Source of the DNA: Acidimicrobiia bacterium
GTDB lineage: Bacteria; Actinomycetota; Acidimicrobiia; Spongiisociales; ZC4RG35
Direction of reading: 5' to 3'
DNA length: 64,000 nt
NCBI GenBank assembly: GCA_035292605.1
Contig: DATDPT010000069.1
Span: forward strand, 56,599 to 120,598
Each line of letters begins with the position of its first letter. The stretch's first letter is position 1. A program made the translations under genes and the position numbers. Below, one piece after another: positions 37,974-48,437 of this stretch. The notes below the pieces were generated by a model. It was not told the DNA's origin and did no database searches. It worked only from the letters and a program-made list of their open reading frames with translations.

Positions 37974-39210
37974 GTTCCCCGGAGAGGAACGCGCTCACGA
38001 CATCGCCGATCCTGGTGGGTGACGTCGACCCGAGCACCACGCCAAGTTGCTGGTGCATCCCGACGGCGACACTGGTCTCGGGAACCATGTCGGAAGGACC
38101 GACGACGAACGACCACACTTCGTTAGCGAGCCCGGAGAGAGCATCGAGCGCGTAACTTGACGACTGATGGAAGCCATACCTTCCGACGTATTGGCTGTTT
38201 GTTGACCACTTACATTCGAACAACAGGGCGCGGTGCCCCTTGTCAATGAGCATGATGTCGACACCGATCGCTCCGCCAACCCCCGCAATCCCACGGACAG
38301 CGTCGTAGTACGCAGCTCGTGGTAGCCCGTATGCGCCGCGCGAGGCTCCGGCTTCGAACCACAGGTCATAGCGAGTGCCGCTCGGTCCAATCGCTTCTAT
38401 CTGCGCGCCGGGTCGAGTGCCCGATAACGGACGTCGCCACGTCACAACGAAACGGTGGTTGCGGAGTGCTCGGATCACCATCCCGTAGGACCCCAGGTGA
38501 AACAGCCGCCAGCCGATATCGGGGTCGGGGGTGATGAGTTCAAATGCAATGAACTCCGAGTCTCGTTCCGCTCGAACAGCAAGCTCGGCAGCCGCACCAA
38601 CGGATGCCCACGGATACCCGGAGGTCTTGAGCGACAACAAGCTGAGGCGGTCGGGGCGTGTCGCATCGATATCGGCGCTCCAGGGAGCGAGCGCATCGTC
38701 TACCACATCCAGACGTGCGCGGATCCGGAAAGAGCCCGACGCCCATAGCGACTCGACGTTGTTGACCGCTGCGCGCATTTGCCCGGCCAGCCACGCGAGC
38801 GTTCCTATCGCGACTTCGTCCATCACCCTGCGGCGGGTTCTCAACCTGAATTCCCGCGGTGGCCATCCGGACCTGGACCTTCGATGGGTTTCACGCCAGT
38901 TGATCGATCCTGCAGGGACTCGTGCGACATTGGGGTCCGAGACACTTGACGACGGCAGATACTCCTCCCAGTCAGATGCGGTCCGAGGCCATGTCGCAGA
39001 TATCGGATCGATGATGCCCAGGAGCACTCGCAACGCTCGACGGTGAATGTCGGTCGCAGTCCAGTCGAGCGCGTCCGGAGCCGAAACGTATGCCAAGGAC
39101 TCATAGATCGAGCCTTCACCAGACCATCCGCGAAGGACCTCGTCGATGCCGACGCGAGGGATCGAAAGCGTCAGCCGAGGGTCTGACGTTGGATGACTGT
39201 CCACTCCCAT
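37957..39210 (-). CDS. McrC-like PD-(D/E)xK nuclease subunit
   Basis: IGVDIMLIDKGHRALLFECKW is a D...ExK nuclease core. Sits directly downstream of and overlapping the McrB-like gene. Confidence 0.55.
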   Translation of the reverse strand: MGVDSHPTSDPRLTLSIPRVGIDEVLRGWSGEGSIYESLAYVSAPDALDWTATDIHRRALRVLLGIIDPISATWPRTASDWEEYLPSSSVSDPNVARVPAGSINWRETHRRSRSGWPPREFRLRTRRRVMDEVAIGTLAWLAGQMRAAVNNVESLWASGSFRIRARLDVVDDALAPWSADIDATRPDRLSLLSLKTSGYPWASVGAAAELAVRAERDSEFIAFELITPDPDIGWRLFHLGSYGMVIRALRNHRFVVTWRRPLSGTRPGAQIEAIGPSGTRYDLWFEAGASRGAYGLPRAAYYDAVRGIAGVGGAIGVDIMLIDKGHRALLFECKWSTNSQYVGRYGFHQSSSYALDALSGLANEVWSFVVGPSDMVPETSVAVGMHQQLGVVLGSTSPTRIGDVVSAFLSGEPNDLR

Positions 39211-40796
39211 TGCTCTCTCGTCATGGCCTGTTCATCTTCGACGACACGCGTTCCAAGTGCGTCGAAGACGACGTCGTCGAACGCACTAATGAACTTGCCG
39301 ACATTCGCGACGTAAGCCTCGGCCAGTTGCTCGGAAATGTCATCATCGGCGACACCGTCGAGGTAGTCCGCAAGTCGGAGAAAGATCGCGGGTCCCAGCA
39401 GAGTCTCCCGCTCCCCATAGTGCGCGGAGTACAGCGCCACAATCGACGTGCGAACGTCATCGGAAAGTTCGGGGTAAGTGTCACTCAGGAGTGAGTCGAA
39501 CTGCCCTGGGCTCAACGCTGGAACCGGGATAACCACGAATCTCCGTGATAGGGCCTGGCCCATCCTGAAGACGCGCTGAGCGTCCTGAGGATTGTATGTA
39601 CCTAACAATCGCCAGTCGCGACCGGCAAGATACCGGGTGGGCTCGCCAGTCGCGGTGTCCGTTGCAGTCGCCAATGAAATGTGAGAATCGGCCCAACCGA
39701 TGTGGATCGCATTGCCACCATGCGGGTTGGCTCTGCCAACCTCGACCTCTTGACGGGACAGCCACGTGAGTAGAGGCCCCATTATCTTGTCGAGGTCGGC
39801 CCGGTTCGTTTCGTCCAGTACGAGCCAGCGGTGCTCAGCAACCGCGTCCAGGAGCAGCCCGTTCGACCACACCAGGTTGGCGTTCTCATCCGGGGCTATC
39901 CCACCGACTAGGTCGAAGGCCGACCAGCTCTCATCGGGGGTGCGCCATATCGGATTCGGCACAAAATCGGGAGCGAAGCCGAACTCACCAGGATTCGCCG
40001 CGACCATGTTCACCATCCAGCGAACAAGTGTGCCTTTTCCCGTTCCTGGCGGGCCGACAAGCAGGATGCACGGATATCGCTCGACGGATCTGCGCAGCAT
40101 TCTCTCGGTTCGGGCATCCACGACGATTGTGACGTCCTCAGGAAGCATTCCGCCGGTAGGAGGAGTGGCCGGCGGCGCGGTGACCGTCACGGCCGCTGGA
40201 GGGCCTAGCGGATCGGGGATCTCATCGGGTGCCCACTCCGGTTCGCCGAGCAGCTGCACGCCGAGCGGTCGGCTGTCGGTCACGGTGTCTAGGGCAGCCT
40301 GAGTGATCGCAAGAGACGTGAGCAGCTGAGCCTCGGCCTTGGCCCAGTCGTCATTGTCTTCGAAATCCATGTTCCGGAGCAACAACGCAGCCAATGCCTG
40401 TTTCGATGGGAGCCGATCATCGGCCAAGGCTTCCGCGACGATCGCAGACGCGTTCGGCTTCAGCCCTTGGCGGATATCTTCGCCGTTGAAGATGCTCGTC
40501 GCCAACTTCGACCCGCGCGTTGTGTTGTTCCAGACTGTCTTGCGACCTGAGTCCTCAGCGCCCAGCCAGTCGTATCGGAATGGGTACAGCCGTCCGATCC
40601 TCTCCTCGGGTACGACATCGAACAGTGCCGACACAGCGTCGTTGGTGTCCGCGATCGCTGGGTCGGGATAACGCCCGTTTGCCTCCATCCACTTGGCCGT
40701 TAGGAACGACTCGAACATGGATACCTTGGCCCTGCTGTACTGCAGGCCTTTGAAGTCTCTGAGTGCGGCATTCATCGCCGCAGCGCTAACCCTCAT
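39171..40796 (-). CDS. McrB-like AAA+ GTPase subunit with N-terminal DNA-binding region
   Basis: Walker A LLVGPPGTGKGT, McrB-type Walker B LVLDETNRADLDKIMGPLLTWL, LLGTYNPQD...RRF. Confidence 0.75.
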   Translation of the reverse strand: MRVSAAAMNAALRDFKGLQYSRAKVSMFESFLTAKWMEANGRYPDPAIADTNDAVSALFDVVPEERIGRLYPFRYDWLGAEDSGRKTVWNNTTRGSKLATSIFNGEDIRQGLKPNASAIVAEALADDRLPSKQALAALLLRNMDFEDNDDWAKAEAQLLTSLAITQAALDTVTDSRPLGVQLLGEPEWAPDEIPDPLGPPAAVTVTAPPATPPTGGMLPEDVTIVVDARTERMLRRSVERYPCILLVGPPGTGKGTLVRWMVNMVAANPGEFGFAPDFVPNPIWRTPDESWSAFDLVGGIAPDENANLVWSNGLLLDAVAEHRWLVLDETNRADLDKIMGPLLTWLSRQEVEVGRANPHGGNAIHIGWADSHISLATATDTATGEPTRYLAGRDWRLLGTYNPQDAQRVFRMGQALSRRFVVIPVPALSPGQFDSLLSDTYPELSDDVRTSIVALYSAHYGERETLLGPAIFLRLADYLDGVADDDISEQLAEAYVANVGKFISAFDDVVFDALGTRVVEDEQAMTREQWEWTVIQRQTLG

Positions 40797-40972
40797 CGGA
40801 GTCTCCCCGCTGTGGAGTGGGTGCGGCGCAGCAAAGCCAGTCGGCCGGAGCGCTGCCGTCGTGGGTGTTGGCGAGATGGGGGGCGTGAATGGACTCGGCA
40901 GAGCGCCACCGCGTGTCCGGTTCTAATCGTTATGCGGTGATCTGATTTATCCATTGCCGTGGCCATGATCGA

Positions 40973-41248
40973 CTACCTCTGCCCTCTCGGGGGCGCACCG
41001 ATGCCGCCAACGAGGTCACCCGGATCGCACTCGAGTCCTTCCGCAAGCCGAAGGATGGAGATAACCCTGAGGCTTCGATTGCCACGCTCGATGTGGCTGA
41101 CAGTTGAATAATGCAATCCGGTCATGTGGGCCAGTCGCTCCTGTGAGATACCTATTGCCTCACGGCGGGCCCGGACCCGTCGACCGATCTCCGCTGCGAC
41201 TTGAGCGTCGTCGGCGGGGTGGAACTTGATGGGCTTTTCCTGTGCCAT
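40973..41248 (-). CDS. XRE-family helix-turn-helix regulator
   Basis: Internal start MAQEKPIKF...; IGISQERLAHMTGLHYSTVSHIERGNRSLRVISILRLAEGL is a classic Cro/C1 HTH. Confidence 0.65.
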   Translation of the reverse strand: MAQEKPIKFHPADDAQVAAEIGRRVRARREAIGISQERLAHMTGLHYSTVSHIERGNRSLRVISILRLAEGLECDPGDLVGGIGAPPRGQR

Positions 41249-41751
41249 GGAGGCACTAAGCCTTACCGCCAAGGTTGATATCGCCAAGAGCGCAATCACC
41301 AAGTGTGTTTCTGCCAATTCGGGTGGCAACGGCGACCACGCCCGAGGCCTTCGGATTACCCCCTCGGCGCGACTTTGCCCGTAGCGCACGGGCAACCGTC
41401 TCGACATTCGCAGGAAGGTGCTGAGGGATCGTATGAGAGCCGTAAACAGGCGAGTTCCTTGCGGGGCGTTTCGATGCGCGACGTCGACCGCAAATCGCTG
41501 GGGCCGAGGACGGCCCGTCAGGGCCGCCCGCAGGCCGGCCTCTTGATTCCGTAGAGAAAGTCCTCAGAGCCGGGCTCCCCGCTCTTTCGGGGAGCCCGGA
41601 ACGCGCTTCAGTTGCGATCACCAAGACACTATGGGCCACCTATTTGGAGGCGTGGACGCAACCACCGACGTCGGATGCGCTGCCGCGCCCAAGAACGCTC
41701 GTCCAGCATGCTCAGCCGTTCTCCCAAGTGAACAGAGAGGCCCACCCCGGT

Positions 41752-44700
41752 TCAGCGATGCAACATTGCTCCGTGCAGCACTGGACCCCTAAGGTCGATC
41801 CCACTGACATTCGTTAGATCGTAGGCGCTGACGGCGTCACGCCACTGGGCGGAGGCCACAAAGGCGGGGTCGCCAACATCGGCTGCCGGTCCCAGCTTGA
41901 TGCGAGCTTCTGCGTATCGGGCGACCGCTGACGACCACTGTTGACGGCGCAAGACGTCCATGGTCGGCGGAGGGCCAATGGCTTCAATGACTTCCTCAGG
42001 AGGGTGGATCTCGTAGGCGGCGACGCGTGCGTTGATACGGTGCTGCATTTCATCTGCGACAACCGCGTACCTGTGGAGAACACCAGCGTTCTGCTCCAGC
42101 CATGCTTCTCGGGTGACCACGTGTCGGTCTAGGTCGTCACGTCTTCCGACTAGCGCTCGGACCTGGGCGCGGGCACCGGACGTGCGAAGTCGTTCAGCGA
42201 TCTCGTTGGCTTCGTCGATAGCAGCTTCCACCGCGGTCAGCTCGTCGGTGACATCGGTCCCGATCGGACTCCGTCTGATGATGCCCTCAAGCTCGTCACG
42301 CCATTCGATGAGCTGTTGATCGGTGGCAGTCGTCACCGGGAGGCCCTGATCATGGGCAAGAGGTTCGATTACCGACTGCGAGAGCTGACGGGCGAGGGAG
42401 GCAACACGGTCCTCCGCGAGCGGATCGCCGTGGATGTAGGTGCATTCGCCGAGAGGGCCGGGCGCGTCGTTGATCCACAGATGGGTCTCTCCTCTGGCCC
42501 TGGAGAGGGCGGTGTAGCCGTGCTCCGCTCTCACTCCTGTGTCCGCATAGACATGCGTGCTCTGAAAGGTCTGTCCTTGGGAGGTATGGATGGTCTGGGC
42601 GTAGGCATGGTCGACGTTCCTGTCGAGGTAACGCTTTGGCAGTTCGATCACTTCGCCGTCGAGGTCTCTACGGAAGCTGACGCTGCCCGGGTCGGGGTGC
42701 ACGCTGAGCACGGTGCCAGTCTGGCCATTGCGTAGGTCGGCGTGTGCATACCAGTTGTCGCGCACCACTATTCGGTCACCGGCCTGGAACTCAATCCTCC
42801 AACGATTGACGATTGAGGGACCAGTTATCTCGGCAGCGTCCCGCATGCGGACCCGGGCCAGTTGGTTGAGCATCTGGACCTCGTCGCGACGAGAGGCGAG
42901 CATCCGCACGCCGTCGAGCCCATGATTCTGAACGTCGGTCCACCAGGCGTCGACCATCGCTGCCTTGGTCGCGTACTCATCGCGACCGAGGTGGAGCCGC
43001 CCAGCCTCGGCATATTCGTGGACGGCTTGTTCGATCTCTCCAGCGCGAAACCGATCGAGGGCGTGGCGGTCGAAGTCGAGGTGCTGTCGCTGGTTGACCC
43101 GCACCAGCTCATCGACAACCTGCTCACCTGAGGCGACGATCCGGTGGAACACTCCTCCCGAATCGACTGAGGGAAGCTGCTTCGGGTCGCCGACCAGCAC
43201 GAGTTTCCCGTGACAAGCCTCGACGTTTTCGACCAGCCATGCGAGGTCAGCAGTGGAGACCATGGAGGCCTCGTCCACCACGACCAGCGTCCCTGGGCGG
43301 AGCGGATCGGGGGATGCGTCGAGTTGATGCCGGAGCATGGCGATGGTTCCGGTCCATCGCTCGCCCAGATCTTCGCCCAGCTGGCGGGCAGCCGCCGCCG
43401 ACGTCGCTACTCCGATGACAGGGCACCCTGCGGCCGCGACAGCGTCGGCGTAGGCGCCGATTGAGTAGGTCTTGCCCGACCCGCCAGGTCCGACAACTGC
43501 CACTACTCGACCGTCGAGCTCTCCGAGATGTCGCACGGCTTCGGCCTGGCCCTCCACCAGTTCCCGAATGCGAATCGCCCGCTCTAGCGCTTCTCGGTCG
43601 GGTGCGAGCGGCGAGCTGACTTTGACCGAATCGAGCACTCGCTGTTCTCGTTCGAGGTGGAGGCGGGTGGTGTATCGGGCTTCACCAGGGAGCGCCCGGA
43701 ACCGCACCGTGCCGCCCTGCTGGAGCCAGCCAGGCCCCTGTCCTACTGCTATGTCCAACTCCTCGGTCGATAGAACAACACCTTCAGGGAGGACGAGCCC
43801 GGTCTCGGCGTGAGGAAGGATGGTGAGCACGTCCCCTGACTCTTGCGCGGCTCGGAGTAGCTCGCCGGTAGTGGCCAACAGCTCGACCTGGTTTGCTCCG
43901 TCGGGGAAGATTGACGAAACATGGGCGACCAGATCCCGTTCGGTGAACACCGCCTGCCGGTCCGACACCCACTCCACGAGACTCCGGGCCGCCGCCTTCA
44001 CTTGCTCCTCTTCAGGTCGGCGAGAGGGACGTGTCTCCCCCACCGCGGCCCTAACCACGGCTGCCACATCCTCGGGGGCGTCCATCGCTCGTCTCTGCCA
44101 GTGGGCCACCACGTCGGAAGTGATCCCGTAGTCCTTCATCTCCCGGGTCACCTCTGCCTCGCCTGTCGGATGCGACTTGGGCTGGCGGGTCTCCAGGGTG
44201 AAGGATTGCCACACACGCCGGTGCGCCTCCCCGCCCACCTCGGCCAGATATCGCTTCACCGCTTCGACGATCTCAGTACGGCGAGTGGAGAAATGACGGA
44301 CCAACTCAGGGGAGAACCCGGCGATGTCGGCGACACCGTTGACCACCGGCTGCCACGACACACCCAACCTCTGGGTAAGCACATCCCGCAGCACCGCCTG
44401 GTACACCGAGCCGCCCGCTTTGGCGTGGGCATAGGCCCGCTTAGCGTCTATCGCCCGCCAGCCTTCATCGGCCCACACCCGATTGATGACCACCACGTGG
44501 GTGTGGACTTGGGGATCGTTGGCCCGAGAGGTGAAATGGTCGAAGGCAGCGGCCACGTAACCTTCCGACTCCGCCGTGCGGGTGTTCACCTTCCACCTGC
44601 CTTCCGCGTCCCGGTGCTTAGTCGCCAGCCGCGAATGGGAACAGTGCTCCTCCATGTAGGACATAGCATCGGCTACCGCCGCCTGGTGAGCCGCCGTGAC

Positions 44701-45069
44701 CTCAACACGGACCCGCTCATCACCGAAGGCATACAGCAGCGACACCGACTTAGGAGCCGAGAAGGTGTGGTCGAAGGCAGCCACCTTTCCGTGGCTGGCA
44801 AACCTACGCACCATGGAGTCACCCCCCGGAGTCTGGTGACCCATCAGCTTGGTGAATACCTCCGAGTCCACCTCAGATCCGGACTCCAACCCGAGTCGTT
44901 CCATGCCGCCCCCCATCCACCGAGAGGGTGATTCGTGGGAGGCGTAGTAGTCCACCTGGGACGGCTTCCGCTCTCCCCGCAAGACCGGAACGTCCTCACC
45001 GACCGAGTGGCGGAGTTGTTGGGTGTAGTACTCCGCCTGGGAGGCCACCAGCTTGCCGATCGACTGCAT
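41752..45069 (-). CDS. traA: MobF-family conjugative relaxase/helicase (TrwC/TraA-like)
   Basis: N-terminal relaxase domain (start MQSIGKLVASQAEYYTQQ, HTHVVVINRV His motif) plus C-terminal RecD-like helicase (Walker A GPGGSGKTYS). Confidence 0.9.
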   Translation of the reverse strand: MQSIGKLVASQAEYYTQQLRHSVGEDVPVLRGERKPSQVDYYASHESPSRWMGGGMERLGLESGSEVDSEVFTKLMGHQTPGGDSMVRRFASHGKVAAFDHTFSAPKSVSLLYAFGDERVRVEVTAAHQAAVADAMSYMEEHCSHSRLATKHRDAEGRWKVNTRTAESEGYVAAAFDHFTSRANDPQVHTHVVVINRVWADEGWRAIDAKRAYAHAKAGGSVYQAVLRDVLTQRLGVSWQPVVNGVADIAGFSPELVRHFSTRRTEIVEAVKRYLAEVGGEAHRRVWQSFTLETRQPKSHPTGEAEVTREMKDYGITSDVVAHWQRRAMDAPEDVAAVVRAAVGETRPSRRPEEEQVKAAARSLVEWVSDRQAVFTERDLVAHVSSIFPDGANQVELLATTGELLRAAQESGDVLTILPHAETGLVLPEGVVLSTEELDIAVGQGPGWLQQGGTVRFRALPGEARYTTRLHLEREQRVLDSVKVSSPLAPDREALERAIRIRELVEGQAEAVRHLGELDGRVVAVVGPGGSGKTYSIGAYADAVAAAGCPVIGVATSAAAARQLGEDLGERWTGTIAMLRHQLDASPDPLRPGTLVVVDEASMVSTADLAWLVENVEACHGKLVLVGDPKQLPSVDSGGVFHRIVASGEQVVDELVRVNQRQHLDFDRHALDRFRAGEIEQAVHEYAEAGRLHLGRDEYATKAAMVDAWWTDVQNHGLDGVRMLASRRDEVQMLNQLARVRMRDAAEITGPSIVNRWRIEFQAGDRIVVRDNWYAHADLRNGQTGTVLSVHPDPGSVSFRRDLDGEVIELPKRYLDRNVDHAYAQTIHTSQGQTFQSTHVYADTGVRAEHGYTALSRARGETHLWINDAPGPLGECTYIHGDPLAEDRVASLARQLSQSVIEPLAHDQGLPVTTATDQQLIEWRDELEGIIRRSPIGTDVTDELTAVEAAIDEANEIAERLRTSGARAQVRALVGRRDDLDRHVVTREAWLEQNAGVLHRYAVVADEMQHRINARVAAYEIHPPEEVIEAIGPPPTMDVLRRQQWSSAVARYAEARIKLGPAADVGDPAFVASAQWRDAVSAYDLTNVSGIDLRGPVLHGAMLHR

Positions 45070-45163
45070 GCTCTCAACCCCCCGCAACCTGTGGTTGCAA
45101 CTGTGTACGGTCAAACCGGTCGGTGGGCGAGAGGCGGGTGACTGTCATGGACGGCGACCGGGG

Positions 45164-45577
45164 TCAGAGACGGGCTAGGACGGCGAGCAAGGGGCGCTGG
45201 CAGGCTCCGCAGCGGCAGGCTCGGGGAGTGGGATGGGTCCAGCCATCGGGCCAATACGGGAGGCTGGTCGCGCATGTGGTGCAAAGGGCATAGCCGCCGA
45301 TGAGGGGTATCAGCGTGTACTCGTCGTCTACCGGGATCTGGGTGTTGCAGAGGTCGCAGATCCACAACGTGTTGTCATCTGGAAGGCTGGAGATCATGAC
45401 CACCCCGAGCCGCTCCAGGTCGGCACGGAGTCCAGCTTCGGCGGCGACCCGCCGCCGGTAGACCTCACGGTGGGCAGCGGGGCGGACCACGAAGCGGAGC
45501 TCATCACGGCACCGGCGACACAGCCCGACGTCGGTCAGGGGCTCGTGGGTGTCGCAGCTCGGGCAGTCTCCGATCAT
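45164..45577 (-). CDS. Zinc-ribbon (multi-CxxC) protein
   Basis: CPSC, CRRC, CDLC, CTTC and CRCGAC pairs in 137 aa. Confidence 0.45.
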   Translation of the reverse strand: MIGDCPSCDTHEPLTDVGLCRRCRDELRFVVRPAAHREVYRRRVAAEAGLRADLERLGVVMISSLPDDNTLWICDLCNTQIPVDDEYTLIPLIGGYALCTTCATSLPYWPDGWTHPTPRACRCGACQRPLLAVLARL

Positions 45578-46581
45578 GCCGACACCGCTTTAAAGCAGAG
45601 CAGATGGTCATCCCAGTCGGGTGTGGCTTGTGCGAGGGTGTTGAGATCGGTCCCGTCCGGCAAGTCGAGGATTCGAGCGTCGAGTCCTCGAGCAGCGAGG
45701 AGTTGTTGGAGACGGTCGGCGGCGACTCGGCCGGGATCGTCGCCGTCGAAGCCGATCAGGATCTGGCGGTGGCCCGTGTGGTCGGCGATGGTCTGGGCGA
45801 TGCACATGCTGGGGTAGGCGGCACCAAGAACAGCGACAGCGGGGAGACCGGCGGTGGCTGCTGTCAGAGCGTCGAGGACACCCTCACAAACGATGAGCAG
45901 ATCAGGCTGGCGGAGGGACGGGATGTGAGGCCAGGCGAGACCTGGGTTGGTTCCCAGCCGCCGTGTCGGATTCCCGTACTTTGTCCCGGCCCCGGAGTCG
46001 AGGTAGCGGGCCTGGACGTAGCTGAGACCGCCGGTCGGGTCCAGGGCCGGAAGCACGGCGGCCACTCCTGACCGTGGGAGCCCGAACCGTCTGCGGAGCA
46101 GGTTCGGTCCCGGGTCGGCGCCCACCCTGTTGGCGTTCAGGACTGCGGGATCGAGCCGCCGTTCTTCGATGAGCCATTCGAGGACCTGCAGGCCGGTCCG
46201 GGTCCTCAGGATGCGCTGGCAGGCGTCGACGTAGTCCTCTACCGAAGGATGCAGTGGAACGGGCTCGTTGACGATCGTGTCGTGGGGGAGGGGATCGAGG
46301 TGGGCCACCGCGGCGAGTTGGACGATGGCCACGCCGACGGTCACACCATGGGCCGCGACCAGGGCGTCGATGGCGGTACCGCCTCGACCACAGGACCAGC
46401 ACCTCCAGCGGCCGATCCCGTCGACCACTCGCATGCTCACCGACGGATGGCGATCCTCGTGGTCTGGATCCAGGCAACGCCACCGGCGCCGCTGGTGGCG
46501 GTCGGACGAAGCGGTGAGACTGTCGAGGAGACCGGCCAGGTCGACCCTGCGGCGCAGGTCGATCCGGTCGACGTGGCTCAT
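45574..46581 (-). CDS. DNA primase (CHC2 zinc finger plus TOPRIM)
   Basis: CLDPDHEDRHPSVSM...WRCWSCGRGGTAIDAL (CHC2) and LIVCEGVLDALTA...IGFDGDDPGR (TOPRIM). Confidence 0.8.
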   Translation of the reverse strand: MSHVDRIDLRRRVDLAGLLDSLTASSDRHQRRRWRCLDPDHEDRHPSVSMRVVDGIGRWRCWSCGRGGTAIDALVAAHGVTVGVAIVQLAAVAHLDPLPHDTIVNEPVPLHPSVEDYVDACQRILRTRTGLQVLEWLIEERRLDPAVLNANRVGADPGPNLLRRRFGLPRSGVAAVLPALDPTGGLSYVQARYLDSGAGTKYGNPTRRLGTNPGLAWPHIPSLRQPDLLIVCEGVLDALTAATAGLPAVAVLGAAYPSMCIAQTIADHTGHRQILIGFDGDDPGRVAADRLQQLLAARGLDARILDLPDGTDLNTLAQATPDWDDHLLCFKAVSA

Positions 46582-46928
46582 TGCTCAGACCGGTGGATCT
46601 CAGCCGTGGCGAAGCGGATCGAGGCGGCCAGCTCGTCGGCGTCGACCACGTAGCGGCGGCGCTTCTCTCCCGTGTCTGTAATCCATTCGTCCTGACGCAT
46701 CCGACCAACGGCCACCACCCGGTCCCCTTGGTGCAGAGACGCGGCGGCATGCTCGGCCAGCTTCCGCCAGACCACTACCGAGTAGTAGCTGGTGCTCTGT
46801 AGGCACTGGCCGGACGAATCCTGGTAGTTGCGGTTCTCGGCGATGCGCAGGTCGGCCACCGCTACCCCGCCCGGTGTCTCGCGGAGCTCGGGGTCACCGC
46901 ACAGGTTGCCGACGATGGTCGCATTCAT
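46578..46928 (-). CDS. ssb: Single-stranded DNA-binding protein
   Basis: MNATIVGNLCGDPELRETPGGVAVADLRIAENR...SYYSVVVWRKLAEHAA, an OB-fold SSB pattern. Confidence 0.8.
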   Translation of the reverse strand: MNATIVGNLCGDPELRETPGGVAVADLRIAENRNYQDSSGQCLQSTSYYSVVVWRKLAEHAAASLHQGDRVVAVGRMRQDEWITDTGEKRRRYVVDADELAASIRFATAEIHRSEQ

Positions 46929-47863
46929 CTCCGCTCCTTCCGATCGGTTCCGCTCGGCTCACGATCAGACACCATCATCATATCACTACCTAGCGACATA
47001 ATGGAAGGAGGTAGCTCGATCCGATTGGTTCTGTCGGCTAACGGCTCTGAACGCTGCCAACGGTCGAGGATCTGTCGTGAGAAGGTGACGATCCGCTCCC
47101 CCGTGGTGAGCAGGATCCGGTTCGGGTCGTCTGTGGTGTCAGCCCAGCGGGCGACATAGGCGACCGAGTAGTCGGAGCTGTCGAGACCGGCAGCCGCGCA
47201 GACCACGTAGGCCACCGACTCCGCCTCCACCTCCACCCGTCCCCGACAGTCGATGTGCCCGTCGCCTGCGTGCATCAGGACGTGGGCCAGCTCGTGGATG
47301 GTGGTCTTGGTCAACTGGGCCCCGTCGAGGTCGGCCTCGACTATCACCTGCCGACTCGCTGGTCGGGTAACACCGTTGGGGCCTCGGAGCGGCGCCAGAC
47401 TGAACTGGTATCCGGCGTCTTCGATCATCGAGATCCCGGTCTCGAGCACGGCGGTGTCTCCGTCGCCGGTGAGGAGTCGAGGACCGACGTCCGGTAGCCG
47501 CTCGCCGTCGGTCTGGGAGAGGTCGAAGACGGTCACCACCCGGAAGCCGACCAGCACCCGCTCTTTCTCCTCCGTGTCGGCTCGATCGTCTTTGACACGA
47601 CGGGTAACCGGAGCGAGGATCCGGTAGCCGGTCTCTCCCCTTCGCACATGGCGATCGAGGTGTTGCCAGGTCCGGTACCCGGCTGGTCTTGTGACCGTGG
47701 TGCCTCTCTCCTCGGCTTGGGACCAGAGGAGAAGCCAGTTGCCCAGCGAGTAGTCGTGGAAGCGGGCTGCGGTCACCATCGCCTGCAGCCACTCCTCCGA
47801 GGTTCGCAGTCGGGCGACCTGGTCGATGAGCTGTCGGTGAAGCTGGTTCGCTGTGACGCTCAT
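46925..47863 (-). CDS. ardC: ArdC-like antirestriction protein (ssDNA-binding N-domain plus zincin metalloprotease)
   Basis: Internal start MSVTANQ...; FHDYSLGNWLLL (ArdC-N) and HExxH (IHELAHVLMH). Confidence 0.8.
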   Translation of the reverse strand: MSVTANQLHRQLIDQVARLRTSEEWLQAMVTAARFHDYSLGNWLLLWSQAEERGTTVTRPAGYRTWQHLDRHVRRGETGYRILAPVTRRVKDDRADTEEKERVLVGFRVVTVFDLSQTDGERLPDVGPRLLTGDGDTAVLETGISMIEDAGYQFSLAPLRGPNGVTRPASRQVIVEADLDGAQLTKTTIHELAHVLMHAGDGHIDCRGRVEVEAESVAYVVCAAAGLDSSDYSVAYVARWADTTDDPNRILLTTGERIVTFSRQILDRWQRSEPLADRTNRIELPPSIMSLGSDMMMVSDREPSGTDRKERR

Positions 47864-48027
47864 CGCCACCTCACCGGCTCGCACCCGAAACAGAACAGGA
47901 ACGACACGCCGTCGGAGAAGGTCATCCGATAACGGGCCCGCCGATGCCGACACGACTCGCAGCGCCGAAGCGGCCAAACCGCCTGGACCCGCTGGTACCT
48001 GGCGTCGTGCAACGGGCACCGCCACAT
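47860..48027 (-). CDS. Small zinc-ribbon protein
   Basis: 55-aa C-terminal part of a long ORF (MWRCPLH...CESC...CFGC) with an ATGA overlap with the ardC start. Weak. Confidence 0.3.
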   Translation of the reverse strand: MWRCPLHDARYQRVQAVWPLRRCESCRHRRARYRMTFSDGVSFLFCFGCEPVRWR

Positions 48028-48110
48028 CTCGATCACCCGGTACCGCCGACCCAGCTCGTGGATGCAGCCACACGGTGCGATCCCGATTCGAAGCTGCGGG
48101 GTGAGAAGAG

Positions 48111-48437
48111 TCACGTCCCCACCTCCTCCGAGTCCGGCTCGTTGACGGTGACCTGACTGGCCACTACCTCCAGGCGGCTCCGTCGACCATCCGGGCTCTC
48201 CCAGAACCGACGTTGCACCGCTCCGACCGTCCAGACCCGGACACCCGACTCCGAGACCTGCTCGACCAGGCCCTCGTCCGGGTCCCATAACGTGACCGGC
48301 ACCACGTCGACCCGCCGGGCAGGTGACTCGGTGCGGACACTGATCAGGAGACGCAGCAACCGGGTACCCGACTCGAACTGTCTCAGCTCCCCGGGGGTCG
48401 CCAGCCTCCCGCAGAGGACTATGAGGTTGAGATCCAT
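48111..48437 (-). CDS. Second SSB-like OB-fold protein
   Basis: Internal start MDLNLIVLCGRLATPGELRQFESGTRLLRLLISV...VTLWDPD, an SSB-like topology. Confidence 0.5.
   Translation of the reverse strand: MDLNLIVLCGRLATPGELRQFESGTRLLRLLISVRTESPARRVDVVPVTLWDPDEGLVEQVSESGVRVWTVGAVQRRFWESPDGRRSRLEVVASQVTVNEPDSEEVGT

Noticed and set aside
47139-47792. 217-aa minus-strand ORF
   Set aside because: Alternative frame inside the ArdC-like gene.
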